Virus record (IMG/VR): IMGVR_UViG_3300016665_000619
Coordinates: 1-64,000 of that record
DNA: 64,000 bases
Direction: 5' to 3' (one strand)
From: a virus
The position numbers and the translations under genes are program-made. Shown here in pieces: positions 38,404-48,453 of the stretch (position 1 is its first letter; each line of letters opens with the position of its first letter). The notes below the pieces were generated by a model that searched no databases, was not told the DNA's origin, and saw only the letters and a program-made list of their open reading frames with translations.

Positions 38404-39323
38404 CATTAAACGGCATACCAAAAGAATATTTCATCCCACCGGCTACAGAAGTTATATTTGTAGCTGATTTCTTTGCAGAAGAATTGATTGGCGGAGCAGA
38501 GCTTACAAGCGAAGCAATTATCAAGGCTTCACCTTATAAGCTTTTCAAGCTTCATAGCCATTCTCTTACTGAACAAATGCTCAAACAGCATCGTGATAAG
38601 TTGTGGGTTTTTGGAAACTATACAATGGTTCCTCCACATATCCTTAATCAAGTAATGCAGCTTGGTGTTAAATACTATTTCTTTGAATATGACTTTAAAC
38701 CTTGCGTATTGCGCTCAACATTAAAGCACGAAATGCAATCTGGGAAACCATGCGATTGTCATACTCAAATGTATGGTAAGTTTCATGCAACTTTTATGAC
38801 CGGAGCAAAAGTCCTTTATTGGTGTTCTGATAAGCAACGAGATAAGTTTTATTCGTTATATCCAGAGTTAAAAGGTCGCACAAAAGATTTTACACAGGGC
38901 AGCACCTATTATCCAGAAACTATTCTTAACATTCGTAAGATTAGACAGCGTAAAGAAGCTGGTGAGTTAGTTCCAGAAAATCGCTGGGCTATTCTTGGCA
39001 GCGATAGCTGGATCAAAGGAACCGAAGACGCTATCAAATATTGTAAAGAAAACAATATGCCTTATGTGATTCTAAAAGGGCTTAGTAATGAAAAGTTCCT
39101 CGAGGAATTGGCAAAGAGTAAGGGATTAGTTTTCTTTCCAAGAGATATTGATGTAGGATCACGCATTACTACAGAATGTAAATTGCTTGGTGGCGAACCT
39201 CTTGTTAATCATTTTGTATTGCACGTATCAGAGGAATGGTTTAATAAGAGTATTCCCGAGATTGAAGAATATTTGATTGACGGTCCTGCGAGATTTTGGC
39301 GTGTTTTACAGGAAAATAAATGA
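38400..39323 (+). CDS. GT-B glycosyltransferase-like protein
   Basis: GGAELTS N-terminal motif; SWIKG; GLVFFP..D...R...ECKLLG. Confidence 0.7.
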   Translation: MTLNGIPKEYFIPPATEVIFVADFFAEELIGGAELTSEAIIKASPYKLFKLHSHSLTEQMLKQHRDKLWVFGNYTMVPPHILNQVMQLGVKYYFFEYDFKPCVLRSTLKHEMQSGKPCDCHTQMYGKFHATFMTGAKVLYWCSDKQRDKFYSLYPELKGRTKDFTQGSTYYPETILNIRKIRQRKEAGELVPENRWAILGSDSWIKGTEDAIKYCKENNMPYVILKGLSNEKFLEELAKSKGLVFFPRDIDVGSRITTECKLLGGEPLVNHFVLHVSEEWFNKSIPEIEEYLIDGPARFWRVLQENK

Positions 39324-39352
39324 TTTAAATCCATTAATGGATATGATATTCT
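39324..39352 (+). promoter_or_regulatory. sigma70-like promoter (extended -10)
   Basis: TTTAAA, 17-nt spacer ending TGa, then TATTCT. Confidence 0.6.
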
Positions 39353-39371
39353 AATAAATGGAGTTGAAGTA

Positions 39372-39512
39372 ATGACTATTGAACCAAAGCACAGAACAGA
39401 ATTTACACCTGACACAGACGAAGTTTTCTTTATTCCCGAACGAGAGCCAAATGATCGGGAACATTATGAGCAGGATACAGAGTGGCCAGACGAGGATGAA
39501 TACCGTGAGTGA
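39372..39512 (+). CDS. small acidic protein (46 aa), absent from the ORF track
   Basis: GGAG RBS; MTIEPKHRTEFTPDTDEVFFIPEREPNDREHYEQDTEWPDEDEYRE*; overlaps the IMPDH/GMPR start. Confidence 0.55.
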   Translation: MTIEPKHRTEFTPDTDEVFFIPEREPNDREHYEQDTEWPDEDEYRE

Positions 39513-40518
39513 TCATTTTTACAAGCCATACGTTGATATTGGTTCCTTGGATTACAAGGACGTTTTCCTCGTTCCTCAATACAGCGAAGTAACCTCACGT
39601 TCGCAGGTGTCTACTTCTGTCCATATTGGAGATATGACAATTAACGTTCCTGTTATTTCTGCGAACATGGATACCGTCACCGCTGGTGAAATGGCTCAGG
39701 CTATGTCTGTTGGTGGTGGGATTGGTGCTATCCATCGTTTCATGGATGTAAATCAGAACGTTCGTGAGTTTGAGATCGCTCATGGCAACCTTCATCCCTG
39801 TTTTGTTTCTATCGGTGTTAACGAAGAGAGCAGGGATCGAGCCGTAGCACTTTATAATGCTGGTGCTCGTAACTTTGTTATTGATATTGCTCACGGTCAT
39901 TCCCGCATGATGCGAGATATGACTACTTGGCTTCGTGGCAAGTATTCAGACGTTTATATTATGGCTGGAAATGTGGCTACTGGTCAGGCTGTTAGGGATC
40001 TTGTTTCTTGGGGCGCTAATGCTGTTAAAGTTGGTATTGGTCCCGGCAACGTTTGCACCACAAAGAATGTTACTGGTGTTACCGTTCCACAGTTTAGTGC
40101 TGTTAAGGAATGTGCTAGTGTTGTTCGTGGTATGCATAACAAGCCTCTAATTGTTGCTGATGGTGGTATTACCGAGATTGGTGATATTGCTAAGGCTCTT
40201 GGTGCTGGTGCCGATCTTGTCATGTGTGGCAGATTGTTTGCAAGTTGCCGTGAGGCTCCCGGTGAGCGTGTAGGTGGTAAGAAGGTTTATCGTGGTATGG
40301 CAAGCCGTGATGCTATGTCAACAATTCGTAATCCTAACTCTCTTCCTACAGCAGAAGGCATTTCAACCCTTATTGATGCAAGCGAGCATAGCGTCATTGA
40401 TGTAGTTAATCAGATTAAGGGAGGTTTGCAGAGCGCCTTTTCTTATTCTAATGCTCGTAATCTCAGCGAATTCCATATGAATGCAAACTTTGGAATTCGC
40501 CATACACAAATGAAGTGA
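39505..40518 (+). CDS. IMP dehydrogenase / GMP reductase family (no CBS domain)
   Basis: SANMDTV, IDIAHGH, GNVAT, KVGIGPGNVCTT, ADGGI, YRGMAS; GTG 39505 follows GAGGA. Confidence 0.9.
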   Translation: MSDHFYKPYVDIGSLDYKDVFLVPQYSEVTSRSQVSTSVHIGDMTINVPVISANMDTVTAGEMAQAMSVGGGIGAIHRFMDVNQNVREFEIAHGNLHPCFVSIGVNEESRDRAVALYNAGARNFVIDIAHGHSRMMRDMTTWLRGKYSDVYIMAGNVATGQAVRDLVSWGANAVKVGIGPGNVCTTKNVTGVTVPQFSAVKECASVVRGMHNKPLIVADGGITEIGDIAKALGAGADLVMCGRLFASCREAPGERVGGKKVYRGMASRDAMSTIRNPNSLPTAEGISTLIDASEHSVIDVVNQIKGGLQSAFSYSNARNLSEFHMNANFGIRHTQMK

Positions 40519-40521
40519 AAT

Positions 40522-41487
40522 ATGACAAAGTTCCAGCTACCTCTATTTGAAGATCCTACAACCCTTCCAACCGGAAAGCATCACGTTTCTTATTCGGAAA
40601 TCTCTGATTGGATGGATTGTTCTTATCGTCACCGTCTTAAGCACGTTGAAAAGATTATTCTTGGAAAGCCAAGCATCCATACAGAATATGGTCAGGTAAT
40701 CCACGATGTTCTTGAGAATTATATTCTTGGTAAGCATGAGCTTAATGACGAAACGATTACTGCTGCAACAAAGCAGTTTCGTGAACATTGCGATAAGCTA
40801 AAGGAGGAGCATGGCGTTGAAGTGTCTGATAAGGACTTTAATGATTTTGCAGCTTCAATTCCTCAGATTGTAAATGCAGTTCCAACCTTTATGGATGAAA
40901 CGTTTCCAGGCTGGACAGGATTTGCAGCAGAGCACGCTCTATATGAGAGTGTAGCTGGACAAACAAACAAGTGGTTCAAGGGCTATATTGATACCATCAT
41001 TCGTATGCCCAAGAATGCCCGCAAGAAGCGTGGAAGTTCCTTGCCAGATAAGGACACCGATAAGCCAGTTGTAATGCGCCTATCGGAGCTTGTAGGGCAA
41101 GTAGAGGGTGGAGAGAAGCCAGAGTTTGGTGATGGATATGAGTTCTGGATTCTGGATTGGAAGACTACTTCATGGGGCTGGGATGCTATGAAGAAGAGGG
41201 ATTTCCAGAAGCAGTTGCAGCTTGTATTCTACAAGCATTATTTCTGTCGCCTATTCAATCTACGTCTTGATCAGGTTAAGTGTGGATTTGTCTTGCTTAA
41301 GAGAACCCCACGTAAGACGGATAATAGCCGTTGTGAGCTTGTTCCAGTAAGTGTTGGACCAAAGACCGAGGCAAAGGCTCTTGAGGTTCTAAACAATATG
41401 ATTAATCAGGTGGCAAGTGGTCGTGCAATCAAGAACAGGGCTTCTTGTAGGTTCTGCGATTATAATGGCACAGAGCATTGCACCTGA
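40522..41487 (+). CDS. PD-(D/E)XK Cas4/RecB-like exonuclease
   Basis: HVSYS...C, GQVIH, AAEH, KGYID, LDWKT, QL.FY, CRFC...C Fe-S ligands. Confidence 0.85.
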   Translation: MTKFQLPLFEDPTTLPTGKHHVSYSEISDWMDCSYRHRLKHVEKIILGKPSIHTEYGQVIHDVLENYILGKHELNDETITAATKQFREHCDKLKEEHGVEVSDKDFNDFAASIPQIVNAVPTFMDETFPGWTGFAAEHALYESVAGQTNKWFKGYIDTIIRMPKNARKKRGSSLPDKDTDKPVVMRLSELVGQVEGGEKPEFGDGYEFWILDWKTTSWGWDAMKKRDFQKQLQLVFYKHYFCRLFNLRLDQVKCGFVLLKRTPRKTDNSRCELVPVSVGPKTEAKALEVLNNMINQVASGRAIKNRASCRFCDYNGTEHCT

Positions 41488-41516
41488 TAACCAAAAAAAC
41501 CGGCGTGAGATAAACT

Positions 41517-41548
41517 ATCCTGTGAGCTGTAAAGCCACAGGATTTTTT
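41517..41548 (+). terminator. probable intrinsic terminator
   Basis: ATCCTGTG...CACAGGAT followed by T tract. Confidence 0.55.
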
Positions 41549-41638
41549 ATGTTTATGATTTGGATGAATGCTGCCGTATTAGGAATAGCAGTTTTAATTT
41601 TTATTGGAACAATAAGTTTAGGTAAGGGTAAAAAATGA
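41549..41638 (+). CDS. possible 29-aa membrane peptide
   Basis: MFMIWMNAAVLGIAVLIFIGTISLGKGKK; ATGA-coupled to the next gene. Confidence 0.4.
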   Translation: MFMIWMNAAVLGIAVLIFIGTISLGKGKK

Positions 41639-42150
41639 ATATAACATTTCGCACTATGTTAAAAGAATTGGGGCGTCCAGTTGCCGGGATTATTCATGTT
41701 GGAACAAATCTCGGAGAACAGGGCAGAGTATACTCAGACAACCATGTTCATCATGTTCTCTGGTTAGATCGTAATCGTGAAAATTTGTCTGGTTTATATA
41801 ATAAAACAAAACAGTATCCTCTTATCCAGCAATATATTACTGAAGTGTTTTTAGATCGTGATATTCATAACGTTTCAAAAACATTTGATAGTTTTCAAAG
41901 AGAAAATGTTGCAAAGCTTCCTATTGAAAAATATGATACTGTCATAGTAGACGTAGATGATGGTAGTGAGATGAAAGTGCTTCAAGGATTTGAAAAGAAT
42001 CTGAGCCGCTCCCCATCTTTTATTAGAAATATTCATACCAAGGTAAGAGGGGTTGGAGATATGGATCAGTATCTTTCCCAGTTTGGTTTTAAACAAGTTT
42101 GCAAAAGCTTAAATGAAATAGGATGGGGCGACGTGCTCTATACAAGGTGA
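41635..42150 (+). CDS. degenerate FkbM-family methyltransferase
   Basis: GIIHVGTN.GE, VDVD.G.EM.VLQG, WGDVLY. Confidence 0.65.
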   Translation: MNITFRTMLKELGRPVAGIIHVGTNLGEQGRVYSDNHVHHVLWLDRNRENLSGLYNKTKQYPLIQQYITEVFLDRDIHNVSKTFDSFQRENVAKLPIEKYDTVIVDVDDGSEMKVLQGFEKNLSRSPSFIRNIHTKVRGVGDMDQYLSQFGFKQVCKSLNEIGWGDVLYTR

Positions 42151-42154
42151 CAAG

Positions 42155-43159
42155 ATGAAGATAAGTGCATATTGTACTGTAAGAAATGCATTAGAAATGG
42201 AATATCCATATTTGGAGTCTATTCGTAGTCATTTGGCATTTGCTGATGAAGTAGTTGTTTTTGATACAAGTAATGGCAAGGATAAAACATTAGAAACTTT
42301 AAATGCATTAGCTACAACAGAACCAAAACTTAAAGTTGTTCACAGCGATAAGGTTCCATGGGATGCTCCAAATCACGGAATGTATGATGGTTATACCAAA
42401 ACTCTATCAAGAAAACAATGCACAGGAGATATTCTTTGGCAGTTTGATATCGATGAAGTTGTTCATGAAAAGCACATTCCACTAATCAAGCCGCTTGCTG
42501 AAACATTCATGAAACAAAATATATATCATTTATTAGCACTTCCTGTGGTTGATTATTGGGGACGTGATGGTAAAGCAAGATTAGATGTAACTGTATGGAA
42601 ATGGCGTTTATCTAAAAATCATTCAGATATATTGCACGGCATTCCATTGCATTTACGAAAGTATGAAAACGGTTTGTTGTATGCACAACATGGAACAGAT
42701 GGTTGCGACTACATATCCGCTGATAGTGGTCATATTATTCCATGTGCTGGATATTTGCCACCAGGATTTGAACATATAAAACAATCAGCAATTCGTGATG
42801 AAAGATTGGTTCCAAAAGTAGAAAAGTTTCTTAACGATACTTTAAAAGAACTACCAGGCGTTCATCATTATTCTTGGTTTAACATTGAGCGGAAGATTAG
42901 AAACTTCAGAACATTCTGGAATGCTTCATGGAAGAGTCTCTATAACGAAGACAGAGACGAAAAAACAAATCCATTCTTTCCTGGTCTTACTTGGGCAGAG
43001 ATAACGGATGATATGATTAAGCAAAAATCTTTAGAGCTCGAACAAGGAACTGGTGGGCATGTATTCCATCGTCCTTGGGATGGAAGTAAAAATAATTCAT
43101 ATAGAGTTGAAATGGGTCATCCAGATATAGTAAAAGATTGGATTGAGAGAAACAAATGA
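42155..43159 (+). CDS. glycosyltransferase family 2-like
   Basis: MKISAYCTVRN, DEVVV.D, CTGD..WQFDIDE (DxD). Confidence 0.8.
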   Translation: MKISAYCTVRNALEMEYPYLESIRSHLAFADEVVVFDTSNGKDKTLETLNALATTEPKLKVVHSDKVPWDAPNHGMYDGYTKTLSRKQCTGDILWQFDIDEVVHEKHIPLIKPLAETFMKQNIYHLLALPVVDYWGRDGKARLDVTVWKWRLSKNHSDILHGIPLHLRKYENGLLYAQHGTDGCDYISADSGHIIPCAGYLPPGFEHIKQSAIRDERLVPKVEKFLNDTLKELPGVHHYSWFNIERKIRNFRTFWNASWKSLYNEDRDEKTNPFFPGLTWAEITDDMIKQKSLELEQGTGGHVFHRPWDGSKNNSYRVEMGHPDIVKDWIERNK

Positions 43160-43995
43160 AAATATCTGTTATAGGTAATGGTTTTGTTGGAGGCGCAGTT
43201 GCAAATGGATTTAAGCACAGAAATCCTTTAGTGTATGATGTAGTGCCTTCTCGTTCTAATTGTTCACTAAACGAAGCTTTAAAAGCCGAATATATATTCG
43301 TTTGCCTTCCTACTCCAATGACTCATGTAGAAGGAGGCAGAGCAAATCTTTCAATATTGTATAGTTTTTTTGAGAGCATAAAAGAACTGCCATTGAAAGG
43401 AACATTCATTATTAAATCGACTGTTCCAGTAGGCACAACAAGAGCTTTATCCGAAAAATACTCACAGTTTAGATTTGTTCACAATCCAGAGTTTTTAACT
43501 GCTGCTAATGCGAATCATGATTTCATTAATGCTGATAGAACTGTATTAGGTGGCTCAGTTCAAGATGTTGATAAAGTGGCAACATTATATGAAACAGATT
43601 TTCCAAACATTCCTATTGTTCGTATGGATTCAAACGAATCTGAATTGGTAAAATATGCCGCAAATTGTTTCTTGGCTTTAAAGGTTATGTTTTTTAACGA
43701 AATAAAGCTTCTTACTGAAGATATCAATGTAAATTATCAAAAAGTCATTGATGGTGTTTCTGCCGATGTAAGAATAGGTCGATCCCATACTAGAGTTCCT
43801 GGTCCAGATGGAGATTATGGCTTCGGCGGCACGTGTTTTCCCAAAGATATTAATGCTTTTATAAATGTTATAAAAGATTTAAATGGCAATGCAAAATCTG
43901 ATATCTTCGAAGCTGTTTGGAAAAGAAATAAAGAAATTAGAAAAGATTGGGACTGGGCTAACAGTAAATCTGCTGTTTTAAAGGAAGAAAAATGA
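43156..43995 (+). CDS. UDP-glucose/GDP-mannose dehydrogenase family (short form)
   Basis: GNGFVG, CLPTP, KSTVPVG, NPEFL, E..KY..N, GFGGTCFPKD. Confidence 0.9.
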   Translation: MKISVIGNGFVGGAVANGFKHRNPLVYDVVPSRSNCSLNEALKAEYIFVCLPTPMTHVEGGRANLSILYSFFESIKELPLKGTFIIKSTVPVGTTRALSEKYSQFRFVHNPEFLTAANANHDFINADRTVLGGSVQDVDKVATLYETDFPNIPIVRMDSNESELVKYAANCFLALKVMFFNEIKLLTEDINVNYQKVIDGVSADVRIGRSHTRVPGPDGDYGFGGTCFPKDINAFINVIKDLNGNAKSDIFEAVWKRNKEIRKDWDWANSKSAVLKEEK

Positions 43996-44858
43996 AAATA
44001 GTTACCAATGATTATGGCTGCGGAACATCGAGTTCTATATTAGATTACAATACAGATAATGTGATTATAGTTTCTGAACAAAATCACAAGCATCTTTTTG
44101 ATGTTCGTGGTGAAGACTTATTGTTTATTGGTCATGACTTTTTAATGTATCTTTGGGATAGTCCAATATATCGATCACATTGGAAAAACTATAAAGGTAA
44201 TAAGCACATTTATTGTTTTGAAAAGATCGATTGCATAGTTCCTCAATGGCAGCAAAAAAGTCATTATAGTCTTTCTCTCTGTCAGCAATTTACAAATAGC
44301 TTCTATGCTAGTGATGAACAAGATTGCCGTAAGTATGGAATCAATTGGTTGCCTCAATGGGCTTCTAGAAGATTCTATGATCAGCGTTCTCAGGCACCAC
44401 AAGAAAATCGTATAACCTTTAGTGGACAAGCTGGGACTATCGGATATGAAAAAAGAGATCAGCTTATGGCGCTTATAGCTAATGATTCAGATATTAAGGA
44501 TAAGTTCTACGTAAGCAACAAAGGTAGAACAAAGTCTTGGGATGATTACATATCAAACTTTCTTAATCATAAAATCATATTGGCACCTTTTGGAAATTTT
44601 AAAGGTTTTAATACAAGAACATATGAAGCATTGACCTCTGGAAGAATTTTACTTCAACAAGTTGATAGTGAATATAAATGGCATATTGATTCTATATCGA
44701 AGTTTAAAAACGTGATATTTTTCGAAACGTTTGAAGAACTAAAAAATATTTTATTAAATGCTTCGGCTGATGAAATGCAGAACCGATTTGATCAAGAGCC
44801 GCTTAATCAATATGAAGAAAACAATTTAATTAGTCGATTAAAACTGGTTGAAAAATGA
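43992..44858 (+). CDS. putative glycosyltransferase (CgeB-like C-terminus)
   Basis: ITFSGQ, FNTRTYEALTSGRILL. Confidence 0.6.
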   Translation: MKIVTNDYGCGTSSSILDYNTDNVIIVSEQNHKHLFDVRGEDLLFIGHDFLMYLWDSPIYRSHWKNYKGNKHIYCFEKIDCIVPQWQQKSHYSLSLCQQFTNSFYASDEQDCRKYGINWLPQWASRRFYDQRSQAPQENRITFSGQAGTIGYEKRDQLMALIANDSDIKDKFYVSNKGRTKSWDDYISNFLNHKIILAPFGNFKGFNTRTYEALTSGRILLQQVDSEYKWHIDSISKFKNVIFFETFEELKNILLNASADEMQNRFDQEPLNQYEENNLISRLKLVEK

Positions 44859-44877
44859 TTAGTATAAAGGATTTAAA

Positions 44878-45582
44878 ATGAGAGAAAATATTAATATCGA
44901 AGAAGTTACTGTGGAAAGATGGATGGAAGCTCAAAAGGCAGAATTAGCGTGTTGGGTTAATGAGCCTAATGATAATGAAGATTGGAATTCATGGTGGGCT
45001 TCCAAATTCATGAATTATGAATTTCTTAAAAGAGAAAAAAAGATTGAATCGATATATGAAGTCGGCTGCGGTCCTTATGCTAAAAACATTGAGCTAGTAT
45101 GTCATTCATTAGGATATACTCCAAAACGTATCCTATTAGAAGATCCATTGTTAGAACAATATATTTCTTTAAACAAGTCTGTTAAACGTTTTTCTGGATA
45201 TTCAAACATAAAAATGTTTAGTAAGCCAATGGAACAGTTTTCATTAGCAGAACATAATGTCGAACCAGTTGATGTATTGATCTGCAACAATGTTTTAGAT
45301 CACGTTCAATCTGTTGAAGCTTGTTTTCAGCATATGTTCTCATCACTAAAAGATGATGGTATATTAATTTTTGGTCAAGATTTAACTTCCAATGAGGACA
45401 TTTTAAAACATGGTGACTTAAATGATCCTTGTCATCCTATAAGACTTGATGAATCAGTTATAAGAAAACATGTTGAATCGTATACGACAATATATGAAAA
45501 TATATTGCCAAGAGAAGAAGGCAGAAACCCAGAGTATCATTACGCAACATTTATATTTGCAGGTCGAAAGAAAAAGATATGA
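44878..45582 (+). CDS. class I SAM-dependent methyltransferase
   Basis: YEVGCGP, NVLDHV, LK.DG.L. Confidence 0.85.
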   Translation: MRENINIEEVTVERWMEAQKAELACWVNEPNDNEDWNSWWASKFMNYEFLKREKKIESIYEVGCGPYAKNIELVCHSLGYTPKRILLEDPLLEQYISLNKSVKRFSGYSNIKMFSKPMEQFSLAEHNVEPVDVLICNNVLDHVQSVEACFQHMFSSLKDDGILIFGQDLTSNEDILKHGDLNDPCHPIRLDESVIRKHVESYTTIYENILPREEGRNPEYHYATFIFAGRKKKI

Positions 45583-46226
45583 AAAAAGTTATTTCATTTT
45601 CTCTCTGGGGAGATAATCCGAAATATACTATTGGTGCATTGTATAATGCAGAATTAGTTTCAGATGTATATCCTGGTTGGATTGCAAGATTTTATATTGG
45701 CTCAAGCACTCCATCTAATGTTTCTAGAAAACTTGAAAAACTTGGTTCAGAGATTGTATTGATGAATGAACCTGGAGATTGGAAAGGAATGTTTTGGAGA
45801 TTCTATCCTGCTGGAGAGTCTGATGTGGAAGTAATGTTATCTCGAGATGCTGATAGTCGCTTATCATTAAGAGAAAAAGCAGCAGTTGATCAATGGTTAG
45901 CATCTGATAAAGACTTTCATATTATGAGAGATCATCCCGCTCATAGCGTTCCTATAATGGGAGGAATGTGGGGAGCCCGTGGTGCTTTTCTAAAAGATAT
46001 TAAGAAAATGATTGACGAATATCAAAAGGGTGACTTTTGGCAAGTTGATCAAAACTTCTTACGTGAGAAAGTGTATCCTTTAGTAAAAGATAAGTCATTC
46101 GTTCATGATGAATTCTTTGAAAAGAAACCATTTCCAACAGCCAGAAAGAATTATGAATTTGTTGGAGATGTGTTTGACGAAAATAACGTACGTCACCCAG
46201 AGCATTGGAAGGCTTTAGCAAAATGA
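45579..46226 (+). CDS. putative GT-A glycosyltransferase-like protein
   Basis: KKVISFSLWG, WRF, SRDADSR (DxD), MRDHP.H, GGMWG, DQ.FL. Confidence 0.7.
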   Translation: MKKVISFSLWGDNPKYTIGALYNAELVSDVYPGWIARFYIGSSTPSNVSRKLEKLGSEIVLMNEPGDWKGMFWRFYPAGESDVEVMLSRDADSRLSLREKAAVDQWLASDKDFHIMRDHPAHSVPIMGGMWGARGAFLKDIKKMIDEYQKGDFWQVDQNFLREKVYPLVKDKSFVHDEFFEKKPFPTARKNYEFVGDVFDENNVRHPEHWKALAK

Positions 46227-47104
46227 ATCCAAGTATATTGATAATACAAGAACGTGGTCGTCACGAAAAAAACAGAGAATTTAGAGAGTGTGAAAACTTT
46301 CGAAGAGCTTTCAATAAACTTGGAATTAAATGTGATGTATGGGGACTTGGATATGACAATTTCAATACTCCATTTTCAGAAATAGCCAAAAATTATGATG
46401 TTCTTTTTGTTTTGGAAAACTATGATGAAACTGGTTGGGTTCCAGACTTATCAACATATAAACAACTTAAATTACACTGGACAATTGATTGTCATTGCGG
46501 AGGTATCCCAAGATATCTTGCCTTTTCAAAAAGGTCTAAAATTAATATTCACCTAAATTCTTCGCAGCAGTATATTCAATACTTTGCTGGTGCCTGCGAC
46601 AAAGCATATTGGTTTCCAAATGCATATCCAGATGACTTAATCGATTTTAAACCCGAAATACAAAAATCAAATGATATCGGATTTTGTGGTTCGATGATTG
46701 CAGATCGTCCATATTGGACAGAACTACTGGAAAAACGCTATGGAAAACGTTTTAAGAAAGATATTTTTGTAATTGGCAACGATATGGTTGATGCAATTAA
46801 TTCATATAAAATTGCAGTTAACAAATCTATAGCAGATGATTTAAATTATCGTGTATTTGAAACATTAGGAACAAAAACATTTTTGCTTACAAATAATGTT
46901 CCTAACATTAACCATATCATTAAGAATAATGAACATTGTGTTATATACGATTCATTTGAAGATATGATTAATAAAATTGATTACTACATTGAGCACCCTG
47001 ACGAGGCAAGTAATATTGCCCTCAAAGGATATCAGCACATTCAAAAAAATCATACGTATTTCAAAAGAGCACAGTTATTACTTGATATAATCAAGCTCAA
47101 ATGA
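46223..47104 (+). CDS. CgeB-like GT-B glycosyltransferase
   Basis: DIGFCGS, YKIAVN, LNYRVFETLG, IA..GY..I...HTY..RA. Confidence 0.8.
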   Translation: MNPSILIIQERGRHEKNREFRECENFRRAFNKLGIKCDVWGLGYDNFNTPFSEIAKNYDVLFVLENYDETGWVPDLSTYKQLKLHWTIDCHCGGIPRYLAFSKRSKINIHLNSSQQYIQYFAGACDKAYWFPNAYPDDLIDFKPEIQKSNDIGFCGSMIADRPYWTELLEKRYGKRFKKDIFVIGNDMVDAINSYKIAVNKSIADDLNYRVFETLGTKTFLLTNNVPNINHIIKNNEHCVIYDSFEDMINKIDYYIEHPDEASNIALKGYQHIQKNHTYFKRAQLLLDIIKLK

Positions 47105-47119
47105 TAAGCAGGCTATAAT

Positions 47120-47851
47120 ATGATTCATTATCGATATAATAAAGAAATTTTGTTTAACAAAAATATTTTAATCCATCATCATTTAGGAATGGGTGATCAT
47201 ATATCTTTGTGTGGCATGGTAAACTATATATCTGAAAATCAAGAACCAAACAAGCTGATATATGTTTTAGCCAAAGAACAGTATTATAAAAATGTTAAGC
47301 CCTTATATGAACATAACGAAAGAATTATTGTTCACAATATTGGCAAAGAAAACGAATACATCGCCGCCGAAAAACTTGCTTATGAAAAAGGATTAGAGTA
47401 TCTTAAAATAGGGCACGACCATTATAATTCTAGTTATGAAGTTCGAAACAACTGGAACTGTAATCAGGTTTTTTATCACCTTGCTAATATACCATATGAA
47501 AACCGGTTTACAAAATTTACAGTAAATTATGACAAGGAAAAAGCAAAAAACGTTTTGCATGAATTGAATCCCGAGGGTAAGCCATTTATATTTTTACATG
47601 ACGATCCTAGCCGGGGGTTTAACATAAACTACAACAAAAACACTTATCACGTTATTAAAAATGATATCAGATATTCCCTGTATGATTTTATTGAAGTTTT
47701 AAATAAAGCCGAAGAAATACACTTGATGCCCAGCTCTTTTTATTGCTTAGTAGAATCATTACCAAATATTACTTCGAAGTTGTATTACTACAACATTAGA
47801 GGTGCCCGTTATGGCTGCGGTCAAAAATATAATTGGAATATTATAGAATGA
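47120..47851 (+). CDS. putative glycosyltransferase (GT-B, fucosyl/heptosyl-transferase-like)
   Basis: HHHLGMGDH, FIFLHDD..RG, AEEIH...SSF. Confidence 0.6.
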   Translation: MIHYRYNKEILFNKNILIHHHLGMGDHISLCGMVNYISENQEPNKLIYVLAKEQYYKNVKPLYEHNERIIVHNIGKENEYIAAEKLAYEKGLEYLKIGHDHYNSSYEVRNNWNCNQVFYHLANIPYENRFTKFTVNYDKEKAKNVLHELNPEGKPFIFLHDDPSRGFNINYNKNTYHVIKNDIRYSLYDFIEVLNKAEEIHLMPSSFYCLVESLPNITSKLYYYNIRGARYGCGQKYNWNIIE

Positions 47852-48444
47852 AGAAGAAAGCCATAATTGGTAATGGGAATCATGCAAAAGAATTATATGC
47901 AATATTTGATTTTGAATATGACATATTTGATTTTGATATAGATGTGTTAGATACATCATCAAATGCAAACGTATTCCCAATATCTAAATTCTCTCCAGAG
48001 ACATATGACGCTTTAATATGTGTTGGTTCATCTGATGTAAGAGAGAAAATAGTTAATATTCTTCCTAAAGAAACAACGTATTTTACATACATACACCCTA
48101 CTGCTTTAATTTTTGACAAAAATATTGAAATAGGTTGCGGCTCCTATGTTGGTCCTTATTCTATTATTACAAAAAATGTAAATATTGGAAAACATGCTTT
48201 GATTAATAGAGGCAATCAGATTGGACACGACTGTAAAATTGGAGATTTTTTCAGTATGATGCCAGGTTCTATCGTCTCCGGTACATGTTCTATTGGAGAT
48301 AAAGTTTATCTTGGAACAAATAGTTCAATTAAAGAAAAAACAAATATTTGTAATAACGTTATCATAGGTTTAAATTCGGGAGTTGTCAAGAATATAACAA
48401 TTCCTGGGGTATATGCCGGAGTTCCGGTTAGAAAAATTAAATAG
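47848..48444 (+). CDS. NeuD/PglD-like hexapeptide-repeat acyltransferase
   Basis: IIGNGNHAK, IHPTA, IGHDC, GVP. Confidence 0.88.
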   Translation: MKKKAIIGNGNHAKELYAIFDFEYDIFDFDIDVLDTSSNANVFPISKFSPETYDALICVGSSDVREKIVNILPKETTYFTYIHPTALIFDKNIEIGCGSYVGPYSIITKNVNIGKHALINRGNQIGHDCKIGDFFSMMPGSIVSGTCSIGDKVYLGTNSSIKEKTNICNNVIIGLNSGVVKNITIPGVYAGVPVRKIK

Positions 48445-48453
48445 GAGTTGTGT

